Below, in pieces: positions 25,266 through 33,952 of a stretch of 64,000 nucleotides of DNA; the stretch's first letter is position 1, and every line of letters begins with the position of its first letter. The notes under the pieces are model-generated. The model was not told the origin of the DNA, ran no database searches, and worked only from the letters and a program-made list of their open reading frames with translations. The DNA is from Eubacteriales bacterium (lineage in GTDB: Bacteria; Bacillota; Clostridia; Oscillospirales; CAG-382). The DNA lies in contig JAZNMZ010000009.1 in assembly GCA_045580005.1 (NCBI GenBank), positions 21,154 to 85,153 of the forward strand, given 5' to 3'. Position numbers and translations under genes: made by a program.

Positions 25266-25288
25266 GTCCGGGCACTCCGGACTTTTTT
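25266..25288 (+). terminator. intrinsic terminator at the end of the BMC operon
   Basis: GTCCGG-GCACT-CCGGAC followed by TTTTTTG. Confidence 0.7.
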
Positions 25289-25315
25289 GATATATCAATT
25301 TTTCAGGAGCAAACT

Positions 25316-25885
25316 ATGAACTTCAAACAGGAATTTATCGACATATTCAGGAATGTCGTAAAAAGAAACGGGGCGAGCGAGCTTTTAGAGTGGCTCCAGA
25401 CAACAGACTTTTTTACAGCTCCTGCCAGCTCCAGGTTTCACTGTGCCTATGAGGGCGGTCTGTGTGAGCACAGCCTTAATGTATACAAGGCTATGATCTC
25501 GCATTTCAACAACAGCCAGGACAGTGAATCCATGGCAATATGTGCTCTTCTGCACGATTTGTGCAAAGCAGAATTCTATAAAACAAGCTTCAGAAATGTA
25601 AAAGACGAAGCCACCGGAAAATGGGAAAAGGTCCCATATTACACCATAGAAGACAAATATCCTTTTGGTCATGGTGAAAAATCTGTATTTCTTATCGAGA
25701 GATTTATGAAGCTCAAGGTAGATGAAGCAATTGCCATAAGATGGCACATGGGTGGTTTTGACGACGCTGCGCGCGGCGGCAGCTTTGCTGTCAGCGGAGC
25801 TTTTGAGAAATATCCTCTTGCAGCTATGCTTCACATCGCAGATATCGAGGCTACATATCTTATGGAGGGCAAAAAAGATGAGTAA
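25316..25885 (+). CDS. HD-domain phosphohydrolase
   Basis: H...HD motif (LLHDLCK) and a later HMGG. 189 aa. Confidence 0.7.
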   Translation: MNFKQEFIDIFRNVVKRNGASELLEWLQTTDFFTAPASSRFHCAYEGGLCEHSLNVYKAMISHFNNSQDSESMAICALLHDLCKAEFYKTSFRNVKDEATGKWEKVPYYTIEDKYPFGHGEKSVFLIERFMKLKVDEAIAIRWHMGGFDDAARGGSFAVSGAFEKYPLAAMLHIADIEATYLMEGKKDE

Positions 25886-26690
25886 TGTACCTATACTTGA
25901 CATTGAGTCAAAAAAGGGCTTTATCTGCGACATGGACGGAGTTATCTACCACGGAAACAAGATTCTCCCCGGAGTAAAAGAATTTGTTCAGTGGCTTCAG
26001 AACAACGACAAACGCTTTTTGTTCCTTACAAACAGCAGCGAAAAATCGCCGCTCGAGCTCAGACTCAAGCTCCAGAGAATGGGTCTTGATGTGTCAGAGG
26101 AGCACTTCTACACAAGCGCACTGTCAACTGCACACTTTCTCAAAAAGCAAAAACCGAACTGCACAGCGTATGTAATCGGCGAGCCAGGACTTGTCAACGC
26201 TCTTTATGAGCACGGAATCGTTATGAACGATGTTAATCCCGACTATGTTGTTGTAGGAGAAACAAAAAATTATAATTATGATAACATCATCAGAGCTGTA
26301 AGGCTTGTTTTCGGTGGTGCAAAGCTCATTGGCACCAACCCTGATATGACAGGTCCGTCAGAGCAAGGAATTGTCCCCGCCTGCCGCGCTTTTGTCGCGC
26401 CGATTGAACTCACTACAGGCACACAAGCCTACTATCTCGGAAAGCCTAATCCCCTTATGATGCGCTCTGCTATCAGAATACTGGGAGTGGCTCCCGAGGA
26501 CGCTGTAATCGTTGGTGACAGGATGGACACCGATATCATTGCCGGAGTCGAGTCAAGCATAGAAACAGTGCTTGTGCTCTCTGGAGTTACCTCTCCCGAG
26601 GTTCTCAGGACTTTCACCTACCGCCCGACATATATTTACGAAAATGTAGGCGAGATTATAAAGAAGATTCCTTCTGAAATCAATAGCTGA
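25878..26690 (+). CDS. HAD-IIA family hydrolase (NagD-like sugar/nucleotide phosphatase)
   Basis: Motif I CDMDGVIY, LTNSS, and motif IV VGDRMDTDI. Start at MSNVPIL (25878) with GGAGGG upstream, overlapping the HD gene by 8 nt. Confidence 0.8.
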   Translation: MSNVPILDIESKKGFICDMDGVIYHGNKILPGVKEFVQWLQNNDKRFLFLTNSSEKSPLELRLKLQRMGLDVSEEHFYTSALSTAHFLKKQKPNCTAYVIGEPGLVNALYEHGIVMNDVNPDYVVVGETKNYNYDNIIRAVRLVFGGAKLIGTNPDMTGPSEQGIVPACRAFVAPIELTTGTQAYYLGKPNPLMMRSAIRILGVAPEDAVIVGDRMDTDIIAGVESSIETVLVLSGVTSPEVLRTFTYRPTYIYENVGEIIKKIPSEINS

Positions 26691-26700
26691 CAAATATGAA

Positions 26701-26729
26701 AGACTGCCGCTGTTACGGCAGTCTTTTTA
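26701..26729. terminator. bidirectional terminator between convergent genes
   Basis: AGACTGCCG-CTGTTA-CGGCAGTCT followed by TTTTT. Confidence 0.7.
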
Positions 26730-26731
26730 CA

Positions 26732-27100
26732 TTAATAAATTGTGTTTGTTGAATTCTGAGTACCGTTTATCCCATCATCGAACATTGATGATCCTGTGCC
26801 CATACCTCCTGATGAGCCTGAGTCCATACCACCCGATGAGCCTGAACCCATACCGTTATCTGTAGCAGACCCGTTATAATTGTTTGCTCCATCAACGCCA
26901 CCGTTGTTGTTAAATCCACTGTTTCCACCGCTTCTTGACATATTTCCGTCAACTACACCGCTATCATCATAGGGACTGTCAGTATCGTTTATATTGTTAT
27001 CCCTTGCTGAGCATGAACATAGCGATATTGCTGTTGCTGCTGTCAGAGCAAGAAGAAGTAACTTTACATTCTTAAAATTTTGCAAGATTTTCACCTCCAC
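26732..27100 (-). CDS. small secreted lipoprotein, Gly/Ser/Asn-rich low complexity
   Basis: Signal peptide with lipobox-like ISLCSC. Repeats MGSGSSGGMDSGSSGGMGTGSS. Confidence 0.5.
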   Translation of the reverse strand: MEVKILQNFKNVKLLLLALTAATAISLCSCSARDNNINDTDSPYDDSGVVDGNMSRSGGNSGFNNNGGVDGANNYNGSATDNGMGSGSSGGMDSGSSGGMGTGSSMFDDGINGTQNSTNTIY

Positions 27101-27230
27101 ATATATTTTTTTATAAAAGTAAATCTATATTCATCATAAATTATTACATAATGTATTAATTTTTACAGTGTTACATAAATAGAATTAATTGTGTAAAAAT
27201 ATATATAAAATATTACCTTTGGAGGAAAAA

Positions 27231-28412
27231 ATGAAAAAGAATTATGTAATAAAGACGCTGATTTTAGTTGTAATTTTCAGCGTTTGTATACCAAGCATCT
27301 ATGTAATTGCGCTCAATAATAGCGCGCAGGCTGCAGCCACAGGAGTTGCAATGGAACTCAACTCAGCATCCGCCTGTCTGATGGAAGCAAAAACAGGTGA
27401 GATAATATATGAGCAAAACGCAGATGAGCACCTTGAGCCTGCTTCGGTAACAAAGGTTATGAGTGTTCTCCTTATCTATGAAGCTCTTACAAACGGACAG
27501 ATAAAAAAAGAAGATATGGTAACAGCAAGTATGCAAGCTTCGCAAATGGGCGGCTCACAGATATGGCTCGAGTACGGTGAGCAAATGTCTGTTGACGATA
27601 TGCTCAAGGCGATACTTGTGGTTTCTGCAAATGACTGTACTGTTGCTATGGCAGAGCACATTGCAGGCAGTGAGCTGGCATTTGTTTCGCTGATGAATGA
27701 AAAAGCAAATAAGCTTGGTATGAATAACACAGTGTTTATGAACAGTACAGGTCTTCCTCAGGACGGACACTATACCTGTGCGCGTGATATTGCGATTATG
27801 ACAAGGGAGCTATTAAAGTATGAGGATGTCTTTAACTATACAACTATATGGATAGACTCACTGCGCGGCGGAGAATTCGGTCTTTCAAATACAAATAAGC
27901 TAATAAGATTCTACCCCGGTGCAAACGGTATGAAAACAGGATTTACCGACAATGCAGGATATTGCCTTTCAGGCACTGCAAAAAGAGATAATATGCAGCT
28001 GATTGCTGCTGTTATGAATGCTGATACTTCTGACAAGCGTTTTGAAGACGCTAAGAAGCTGTTTGACTACGGTTTTGCCAACTTCTCCATCTACGACATC
28101 CCCCAGAACACAATCACTCCTATACCCGTCAGAGGTGGCGTGAGCGAATATTTAAATGTAGAGTACTACGGCAACAGCGGCTCGGTGCTTGTTGCAAAAG
28201 GCAGAGAGTCGCTTGTGGAAACTGTTCCTGAGCTGCCCGAAAAAATCGACGCTCCAATAAAAAAAGGTGATGTAATCGGTCAGGTACACTTTGTTCTACA
28301 GGGTGAGGAAATACTATCGCTCAATGTTATTGCAAAAGAAGATGTTGACAGAATTGACCTATGGGGTATTTTTAAAAAGCTATTGTCAAAGGCAGTTAGT
28401 ATAGGCAATTAA
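27231..28412 (+). CDS. D-alanyl-D-alanine carboxypeptidase (S11 family, PBP5-like)
   Basis: SxxK (SVTKVM), SxN (SAND) and KTG motifs, plus a signal/anchor. ATG at 27231 after GGAGG. Confidence 0.85.
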   Translation: MKKNYVIKTLILVVIFSVCIPSIYVIALNNSAQAAATGVAMELNSASACLMEAKTGEIIYEQNADEHLEPASVTKVMSVLLIYEALTNGQIKKEDMVTASMQASQMGGSQIWLEYGEQMSVDDMLKAILVVSANDCTVAMAEHIAGSELAFVSLMNEKANKLGMNNTVFMNSTGLPQDGHYTCARDIAIMTRELLKYEDVFNYTTIWIDSLRGGEFGLSNTNKLIRFYPGANGMKTGFTDNAGYCLSGTAKRDNMQLIAAVMNADTSDKRFEDAKKLFDYGFANFSIYDIPQNTITPIPVRGGVSEYLNVEYYGNSGSVLVAKGRESLVETVPELPEKIDAPIKKGDVIGQVHFVLQGEEILSLNVIAKEDVDRIDLWGIFKKLLSKAVSIGN

Positions 28413-28442
28413 CACGGAACGGATATTGTTCACATTTGCTTC

Positions 28443-28471
28443 TTGAATTTTCCGATAAAATGATTTATAAT
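28443..28471 (+). promoter_or_regulatory. sigma-A-type promoter candidate for pgi
   Basis: TTGAAT, 17-nt spacer, TATAAT. Confidence 0.5.
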
Positions 28472-28517
28472 ATTGTTAGAGAAGTATTTTTATATTATAC
28501 ATCAAGGAGGACATACT

Positions 28518-29867
28518 ATGGCTATCAGATGCAAAGCAGACTATCTCAAGAACTTTGTGTCGCAAAGCGACATAGACGCATTTATTCCTAAAATGGAAAA
28601 AGCCCACGAAGCACTTGTGAACAAATCCGGCGCAGGTAACGATTTTCTCGGATGGTACGATCTGCCTGTCAATTATGACAAAGTTGAATTTGAGAGAATA
28701 AAGGCTGCAGCAGAAAAAATCAAAAAGGAAAGCGACATTTTTATTGCAATTGGTATCGGCGGTTCGTATCTCGGTGCGAGAGCCGCAATTGAATTTATCA
28801 AGTCTCCGAATTACAACGCTCTTTCCAAAAACACTCCTGACATCTATTTCGCAGGTAACTCTATCAGTTCCTCTGCTCTTTCGGATCTTCTTAAAATCTG
28901 CGAAGGTAAGGACATTTCAGTTAATGTTATTTCAAAATCCGGCACAACAACTGAACCCGGTGTTGCTTTCCGCGTATTTAAAGAACTCCTTGAGAAAAAG
29001 TACGGCAAGCAGGAGGCCGCCAAGAGAATTTACATAACAACAGACAAGGCTCGCGGCAACCTCAAAAAGTTTGCCGATTCCAATGGATGTGAAACCTTTG
29101 TTATTCCTGACGATGTAGGCGGAAGATTCTCTGTTCTTACAGCCTGTGGACTTCTGCCTATAGCAGTTGCTGGTGCAGATATTGACGCAATTATGGCAGG
29201 CGCAAAGGAAGCGTATGATTCGCTCAAAGTTTGTGACATCACAAAGAATGACGCATACAAGTATGCTGTACTCAGAAATGTTTTGCTCGCAAAGGGCAAG
29301 GTTATGGAGATTATGGCCTGTTATGAGCCTTCATGGCAGTATATGAACGAATGGTGGAAGCAGCTGTACGGCGAGAGCGAGGGAAAAGACGGAAAGGGCA
29401 TCTTCCCCGCTTCAGTTATTTACTCGACAGACCTGCACTCTCTCGGTCAGATAATACAGGAGGGTCAGAGAAATATTTTCGAAACAGTTATCGACATCAG
29501 AAAGTCTAATGATACGGTACTTATTCCTGATGACAGTGAAAATATCGACGGTATGAACTTTTTATCAGGCAAAGAGCTTCAGTTTGTAAACGAAAAGGCG
29601 TATCTTGGAACTCTCTTTGCTCATCTTGACGGCGGTGTACCCAACATTATTCTTGAGCTTGATTCAAGGAGCGAGAAAGATTACGGATATCTTGTATATT
29701 TCTTTGAACTTGCTTGTGCAATTTCAGGATATATACTTGGAGTTAATCCCTTTAATCAGCCCGGCGTTGAAGCATACAAAAAGAATATGTTTGCTCTTCT
29801 CGGAAAACCCGGAGATGAGAACACAGCAAGAAAAGCCGAACTCGATAAGCTCATGGCTAGCTTCTGA
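28518..29867 (+). CDS. pgi: glucose-6-phosphate isomerase (about 450-aa Gram-positive type)
   Basis: [21 protein letters not shown] and GRFSVLT motifs. ATG at 28518 after AAGGAGG. Confidence 0.9.
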   Translation: MAIRCKADYLKNFVSQSDIDAFIPKMEKAHEALVNKSGAGNDFLGWYDLPVNYDKVEFERIKAAAEKIKKESDIFIAIGIGGSYLGARAAIEFIKSPNYNALSKNTPDIYFAGNSISSSALSDLLKICEGKDISVNVISKSGTTTEPGVAFRVFKELLEKKYGKQEAAKRIYITTDKARGNLKKFADSNGCETFVIPDDVGGRFSVLTACGLLPIAVAGADIDAIMAGAKEAYDSLKVCDITKNDAYKYAVLRNVLLAKGKVMEIMACYEPSWQYMNEWWKQLYGESEGKDGKGIFPASVIYSTDLHSLGQIIQEGQRNIFETVIDIRKSNDTVLIPDDSENIDGMNFLSGKELQFVNEKAYLGTLFAHLDGGVPNIILELDSRSEKDYGYLVYFFELACAISGYILGVNPFNQPGVEAYKKNMFALLGKPGDENTARKAELDKLMASF

Positions 29868-29883
29868 TAAATTTGATACAAAA

Positions 29884-29916
29884 ATGGCACCGACTCAAAT
29901 CGGTGCCATAATTTTG
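29884..29916. terminator. bidirectional terminator
   Basis: TGGCACCGA-CTCAAA-TCGGTGCCA flanked by A- and T-runs. Confidence 0.7.
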
Positions 29917-29921
29917 TCATT

Positions 29922-30332
29922 TTATGCGAGATAGGGTTTTAAAGCTTCGGGAATCTTTTCAACCTCAACAGAAGCTGTGAGAGTGAAGTTAATCTTTTCT
30001 TTTTCAAGAAGAGGATTAATCTTTTCTACGAAAGTATCAAATCCCTCCATGTCATTCTTACAAATCTTGAGAGCAGAGTCAATAAAGAGATCTGTAATGT
30101 CATAGTTTGCAGCAAGGATACCGCAAATGAAACCATAGAGCTTTTCCCAGTCATCAACATCATAAGTTGTAGTGTCAATAAGTCTTGCCTTATGTGTGAT
30201 TTCGTGCATAAGCTTTGTGCCCTGTTCTATACAAACAACACTGCCGTTTGCGTTGGTAGCAGCTGCGTTAACCATTTCGATAAGATGTTTTGTTTTTCCC
30301 GAACCTTTAAGTCCTGCGAAAATCTTGAGCAT
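29922..30332 (-). CDS. small stand-alone P-loop NTPase, hypothetical
   Basis: Walker A GLKGSGKT at residues 7-14. 136 aa. No family recognised. Confidence 0.45.
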   Translation of the reverse strand: MLKIFAGLKGSGKTKHLIEMVNAAATNANGSVVCIEQGTKLMHEITHKARLIDTTTYDVDDWEKLYGFICGILAANYDITDLFIDSALKICKNDMEGFDTFVEKINPLLEKEKINFTLTASVEVEKIPEALKPYLA

Positions 30333-30385
30333 AGTAAATACCTCCGTGATGTAAATTGATAATTATTGTTATTATCTTGTGTAAT

Positions 30386-30414
30386 ATTGTACACCAATTT
30401 ATGAGATTTGTCAA
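30386..30414 (-). promoter_or_regulatory. sigma-A-type promoter candidate for the P-loop gene
   Basis: Minus strand reads TTGACA, 17-nt spacer, TACAAT. Confidence 0.45.
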
Positions 30415-30517
30415 TAATTTTATTATCAAAACCACAACTTTTGTACATTTAGACAAAATATTGTGAAAAAGTTTGTTAAATCCGATAAAAAAGCATATAC
30501 ATAAGAGAAAATTTATA

Positions 30518-31054
30518 TTATTCCTCTTCTGTTGGAACTATCAGACCATACTCCCCGCCTTCTCTTGAATATACAAGATTAATCTCACCGGAGCCTATGT
30601 TTTTAAACATATAGAAGCTATGCCCAAGCAGATTCATCTGAAGCACCGCATCTTCTGGTGACATCTCTGTAAGAGTAAAATTCTTAACCTTGGTAATGTT
30701 GATTGCGTCCTCTTCAAAGTCATCAAGACTGCCATCGCTCATAAACTCTTCAAAAGCATTTTCTCTGAGTCTTTTAGCGAGCTTTGTCTTATTCTTTCTG
30801 ATCTGACGCTCCAACAATTCCACAGCCTCATACAAAGCTGTTACTGCGTCCTCGTTCTCTTCTTCTGCTCTGAAAATAGTGCCCTTATAAAATATTGTGA
30901 TTTCTATTCTTGCAAGAGTTCGTCTTGTACTGAGTGTTACATTGGCAACTACTTCTGATGGAAAAAATTTGTCGAGCTTTGAAATTTTGCGCTCGATGAT
31001 TGCTCTCATCTTGTCAGATGTTTCGAACTTTCTGTTAGTGATAACCAACTTCAT
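30518..31054 (-). CDS. hpf: ribosome hibernation promoting factor, long form
   Basis: MKLVITNRKFE..S.KMR..IE.K..KL.KFF N-terminal domain plus a C-terminal dimerisation domain. ATG at 31054 with GGAGG 6 nt upstream. Confidence 0.85.
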   Translation of the reverse strand: MKLVITNRKFETSDKMRAIIERKISKLDKFFPSEVVANVTLSTRRTLARIEITIFYKGTIFRAEEENEDAVTALYEAVELLERQIRKNKTKLAKRLRENAFEEFMSDGSLDDFEEDAINITKVKNFTLTEMSPEDAVLQMNLLGHSFYMFKNIGSGEINLVYSREGGEYGLIVPTEEE

Positions 31055-31235
31055 ACTGTGCCTCCTGTGTTCCGCCTGAAATGAATATTTTCGGAGCTGA
31101 ATTTTCAAGAAACAAGAAATATCTCATCTCTTGACTATATTATAACATAAAACTTGCATTTTGTAAAGGTTTTTTATGCAAAATATACATATTTTTTCAA
31201 AATAAATATTATATTACACAGAAATTCACTTTTTT

Positions 31236-32081
31236 TCAGATAACACAGCTCGCATGTCTTGTAACATGGCATCCTATATTGACTGCACACGGAAGACCTG
31301 CAATGTGAGTAGGATAATACTCAATATTCACAGCAAGAGCTGTTGTACTTCCTCCAAAGCCCTGAGGACCGATTCCGCTGCTGTTTATTCTGTCAAGAAT
31401 CTTCTTTTCAAGCTGTGCATACTTTTCGTTGCTGTTTGCCACGCTGACATCACGACAAAGAGCAATTTTGGAAAGTAGTGCACAGTATTCAAAGTCTCCG
31501 CCGATACCAACGCCTACAACAACGGGAGGACACGGATTACTTCCTGCAGAAATCACAGTGTTTACAACAAAATCTGCAACATCATCAGGGGTGGCAGAAG
31601 GAGTAAACATTTTTATCGCGCTCATATTCTCACTGCCAAAGCCTTTAGGTGCTGCGGTAATCTTGATCTTGTCACCGTCAACTATCTTTGTATGTAAGAC
31701 AGCCGGCGTGTTATCGTTTGTGTTTAATCTTTCAAAAAGAGGTTCCGACACTATTGATTTGCGAAGATAGCCCTGCTCATACGCAGCGCGTACGCCCTCG
31801 TTTACAGCTTTTTCGAGGCTGGCCCCCGTAAGTGATACCTCTTGCCCTATTTCAAGAAATACTACCGCCATGCCGGTATCCTGGCATATCGGAACATTAG
31901 TCTTGACCGATGCGTCACAGTTATCTATCATTTTGCCAAGAATACTTACAGCAATATCTTCTTGCTCAGTATCAATACTCTCTTTAATCTTTTCGGTAAG
32001 GCTTTGAGGCAACGAATAGTTTGCTTTTATAAAAAGCTCTGTAATCTTTTCAACAATAACCTTTGTGTCAATTTTTCTCAT
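31236..32081 (-). CDS. Fe-S type hydro-lyase alpha subunit (class I fumarate hydratase / L(+)-tartrate dehydratase alpha)
   Basis: PICQDTGMAVVFLEIGQ motif. 281 aa, the usual alpha-subunit size. Confidence 0.8.
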   Translation of the reverse strand: MRKIDTKVIVEKITELFIKANYSLPQSLTEKIKESIDTEQEDIAVSILGKMIDNCDASVKTNVPICQDTGMAVVFLEIGQEVSLTGASLEKAVNEGVRAAYEQGYLRKSIVSEPLFERLNTNDNTPAVLHTKIVDGDKIKITAAPKGFGSENMSAIKMFTPSATPDDVADFVVNTVISAGSNPCPPVVVGVGIGGDFEYCALLSKIALCRDVSVANSNEKYAQLEKKILDRINSSGIGPQGFGGSTTALAVNIEYYPTHIAGLPCAVNIGCHVTRHASCVI

Positions 32082-32094
32082 TTATATCTCCGTA

Positions 32095-32385
32095 TCAATT
32101 CTCGGGTATGTCGCTGTTATAAACTTCTGAATTCGGGTCGTTATATCCGAGCTTGTCTTTCGCAAGTTCTTTTTTGAATTCATCAGTTCCGGCTCTGTCA
32201 AGCTGGTCCTGAAGTCTTTCTACCTCTATTCTGGCCTGTGTAAGCTGGTCATGAAGTTTGTCCGTGTTCTCTCTGAGTTCATTAAGCTCCATCTGCAACC
32301 TTAATGATGCAATTATAAGTATTACAACAATAGCGCAAATTGCGACAGCAACAAGTTTTGAGCCTTTTTTAAAATTCCTTTTCAT
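32095..32385 (-). CDS. septum formation initiator family protein (DivIC/FtsB)
   Basis: N-terminal transmembrane segment plus a coiled coil. Position after yabQ matches the B. subtilis yabP-yabQ-divIC order. Confidence 0.7.
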   Translation of the reverse strand: MKRNFKKGSKLVAVAICAIVVILIIASLRLQMELNELRENTDKLHDQLTQARIEVERLQDQLDRAGTDEFKKELAKDKLGYNDPNSEVYNSDIPEN

Positions 32386-32391
32386 ATCAAA

Positions 32392-32904
32392 TTAACCTTT
32401 TTCCAATATATTAAATCCAACTGCGGCAAGCCGCGTAAATTTCTTTTTTTCCTTATTATATTTATGCTCGCAGGAAGCCCTGACATATAGAGGCAGAAGC
32501 TTCTTGTACATAAAGCCTACTGCTCCCAACAAGCGATTCGCAGGATAAAGAATTAGCATGCAGGCTCTTTTTATGAGCACCAAAGCCAATTCAAACATCT
32601 TTTGAATAATAGGTCGCAAAAACTTTCCCGCAGTTTTTCTGTATAAGAATATTCCGCAGAAGAAAATAAAGAGATTGTACCACCTTATCTTGCCGTGATT
32701 ATATTCAAGAGCAAAGAAAAACAAAATTAAAAAAAGCACGACCGTTAAAATAAAATCATCAAGTGCGCTGATAATCCTATTTTTACTGAAAAATATATTT
32801 TTGACAGCTAAAATGTCAAAAAATATACCGCCTATTAATCCCAGAACAGCCGAATAAACCACAAAGGGCAACTGATTTTCCATCAAAAACACATTGTCAC
32901 TCAT
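32392..32904 (-). CDS. yabQ: spore cortex biosynthesis protein YabQ
   Basis: Polytopic membrane protein immediately downstream of, and overlapping, yabP. Confidence 0.65.
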   Translation of the reverse strand: MSDNVFLMENQLPFVVYSAVLGLIGGIFFDILAVKNIFFSKNRIISALDDFILTVVLFLILFFFALEYNHGKIRWYNLFIFFCGIFLYRKTAGKFLRPIIQKMFELALVLIKRACMLILYPANRLLGAVGFMYKKLLPLYVRASCEHKYNKEKKKFTRLAAVGFNILEKG

Positions 32905-33187
32905 ATGAGAATATCCTTTTTATAATACCCTTACGATATGATGCAGCTGTCTTTCCGACATACATAATCGTGTCAATCATGCCTTCGATAATAACATCTC
33001 CGGCGTCTGCACTGAAAGACGCAATCTTAAGACCGGTACCCTCAATGTTAAGCTGAGAATCGTTTATGTCAAGAATCACCGAAACCTCGTCAAAGCTGAT
33101 AATCTCAGAAACGCCGGTTACGGTAAGACTTGACCTTTCTTTGAGCGAAATGTTGTGTATACGCTTTATATTCTTTGCACCGTCCAT
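32897..33187 (-). CDS. yabP: sporulation protein YabP
   Basis: 96 aa. ERSSLTVTGVSEIISFDEVSVILD...LNIEGTGLKI pattern typical of YabP. Confidence 0.8.
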   Translation of the reverse strand: MDGAKNIKRIHNISLKERSSLTVTGVSEIISFDEVSVILDINDSQLNIEGTGLKIASFSADAGDVIIEGMIDTIMYVGKTAASYRKGIIKRIFSYE

Positions 33188-33248
33188 AGTAATTCTCCTT
33201 TCAGAGAATTATATGAAAATGCAGCGCAAAATATTCGTAAAGTCCTTT

Positions 33249-33491
33249 TTATTCAATCGCCTCATACATAGCTGAGGCGTCTTTTTTCTGAGCATACTCA
33301 TTAATATCGGTAACTCTGACCTTTAGCACACGCTGACCGAAAGTCACAGTTATTTCGTCGCCGACCTTTACCTCATAAGATGCACGCTGTACCCTGCCAT
33401 TGACAGATATGAGCGAGTTGTCACACGCTTCATTTGCAACGGTACGCCTTTTGATAATTCGCGAAACTTTTAAAAATTTATCTAATCTCAT
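33249..33491 (-). CDS. S4-domain RNA-binding protein (YabO-like)
   Basis: MRLDKFLKVSRIIKRRTVA S4 motif. 80 aa. Confidence 0.8.
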   Translation of the reverse strand: MRLDKFLKVSRIIKRRTVANEACDNSLISVNGRVQRASYEVKVGDEITVTFGQRVLKVRVTDINEYAQKKDASAMYEAIE

Positions 33492-33517
33492 ATCCTACCT
33501 AAACCAGTTTTTTCGAC

Positions 33518-33549
33518 AAAAAACCACACGCCGGAAGGCATGTGGTTTT
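33518..33549 (-). terminator. intrinsic terminator after hup
   Basis: AAACCACA(C/T)GCC stem with a GGAA loop. A T-run follows on the minus strand. Confidence 0.6.
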
Positions 33550-33559
33550 AAGCTGAATT

Positions 33560-33841
33560 TTATTTTGCCTTTGCTACGGCATCTTTGAGTGCCTGACCAG
33601 CTGTGAACTTGGGACGCTTAGTTGCAGGAACAACTTTCTTTTCGCCTGTTCTGGGAACTCTGGCGATCTTTTCTGCACACTGCTTAACGCTGAATGTACC
33701 GAAGCCAATGAGCTGAACCTTGTCGCCGCTCTTGAGAGCTTCTGTCATGGAATTAAAAACAGCGTTTACTGCGTTAGCAGCCTGTTCCTTTGTAAGTTTT
33801 GCATCTGCTGCAACCTTTGCAATCATTTGTGTCTTGTTCAT
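33560..33841 (-). CDS. hup: DNA-binding protein HU
   Basis: MNKTQMIAKVA....LTK.QA..AV.A......L..GDKVQLIGFGTF..K...R..RNP-like arm. Confidence 0.9.
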   Translation of the reverse strand: MNKTQMIAKVAADAKLTKEQAANAVNAVFNSMTEALKSGDKVQLIGFGTFSVKQCAEKIARVPRTGEKKVVPATKRPKFTAGQALKDAVAKAK

Positions 33842-33952
33842 GGGTGTATCTCCTTTATAAATTTTATGTTTATATTATAATCAATTAATTTCAAAAAAGC
33901 AACAATTTTAAGTTAAAAAAAGCCCAAATACTGTAAAAATTTACCAAAAAAA

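Noticed and set aside
25752-25877. 42-codon upstream extension of the HAD-IIA ORF
   Set aside because: It lies inside the HD gene in another frame. The ATG at 25878 has a GGAGGG RBS and gives the standard HAD motif I spacing.
25385-25933. 182-aa minus-strand ORF
   Set aside because: It is antisense to the HD-domain gene and to the start of the HAD-IIA gene. No supporting signals.
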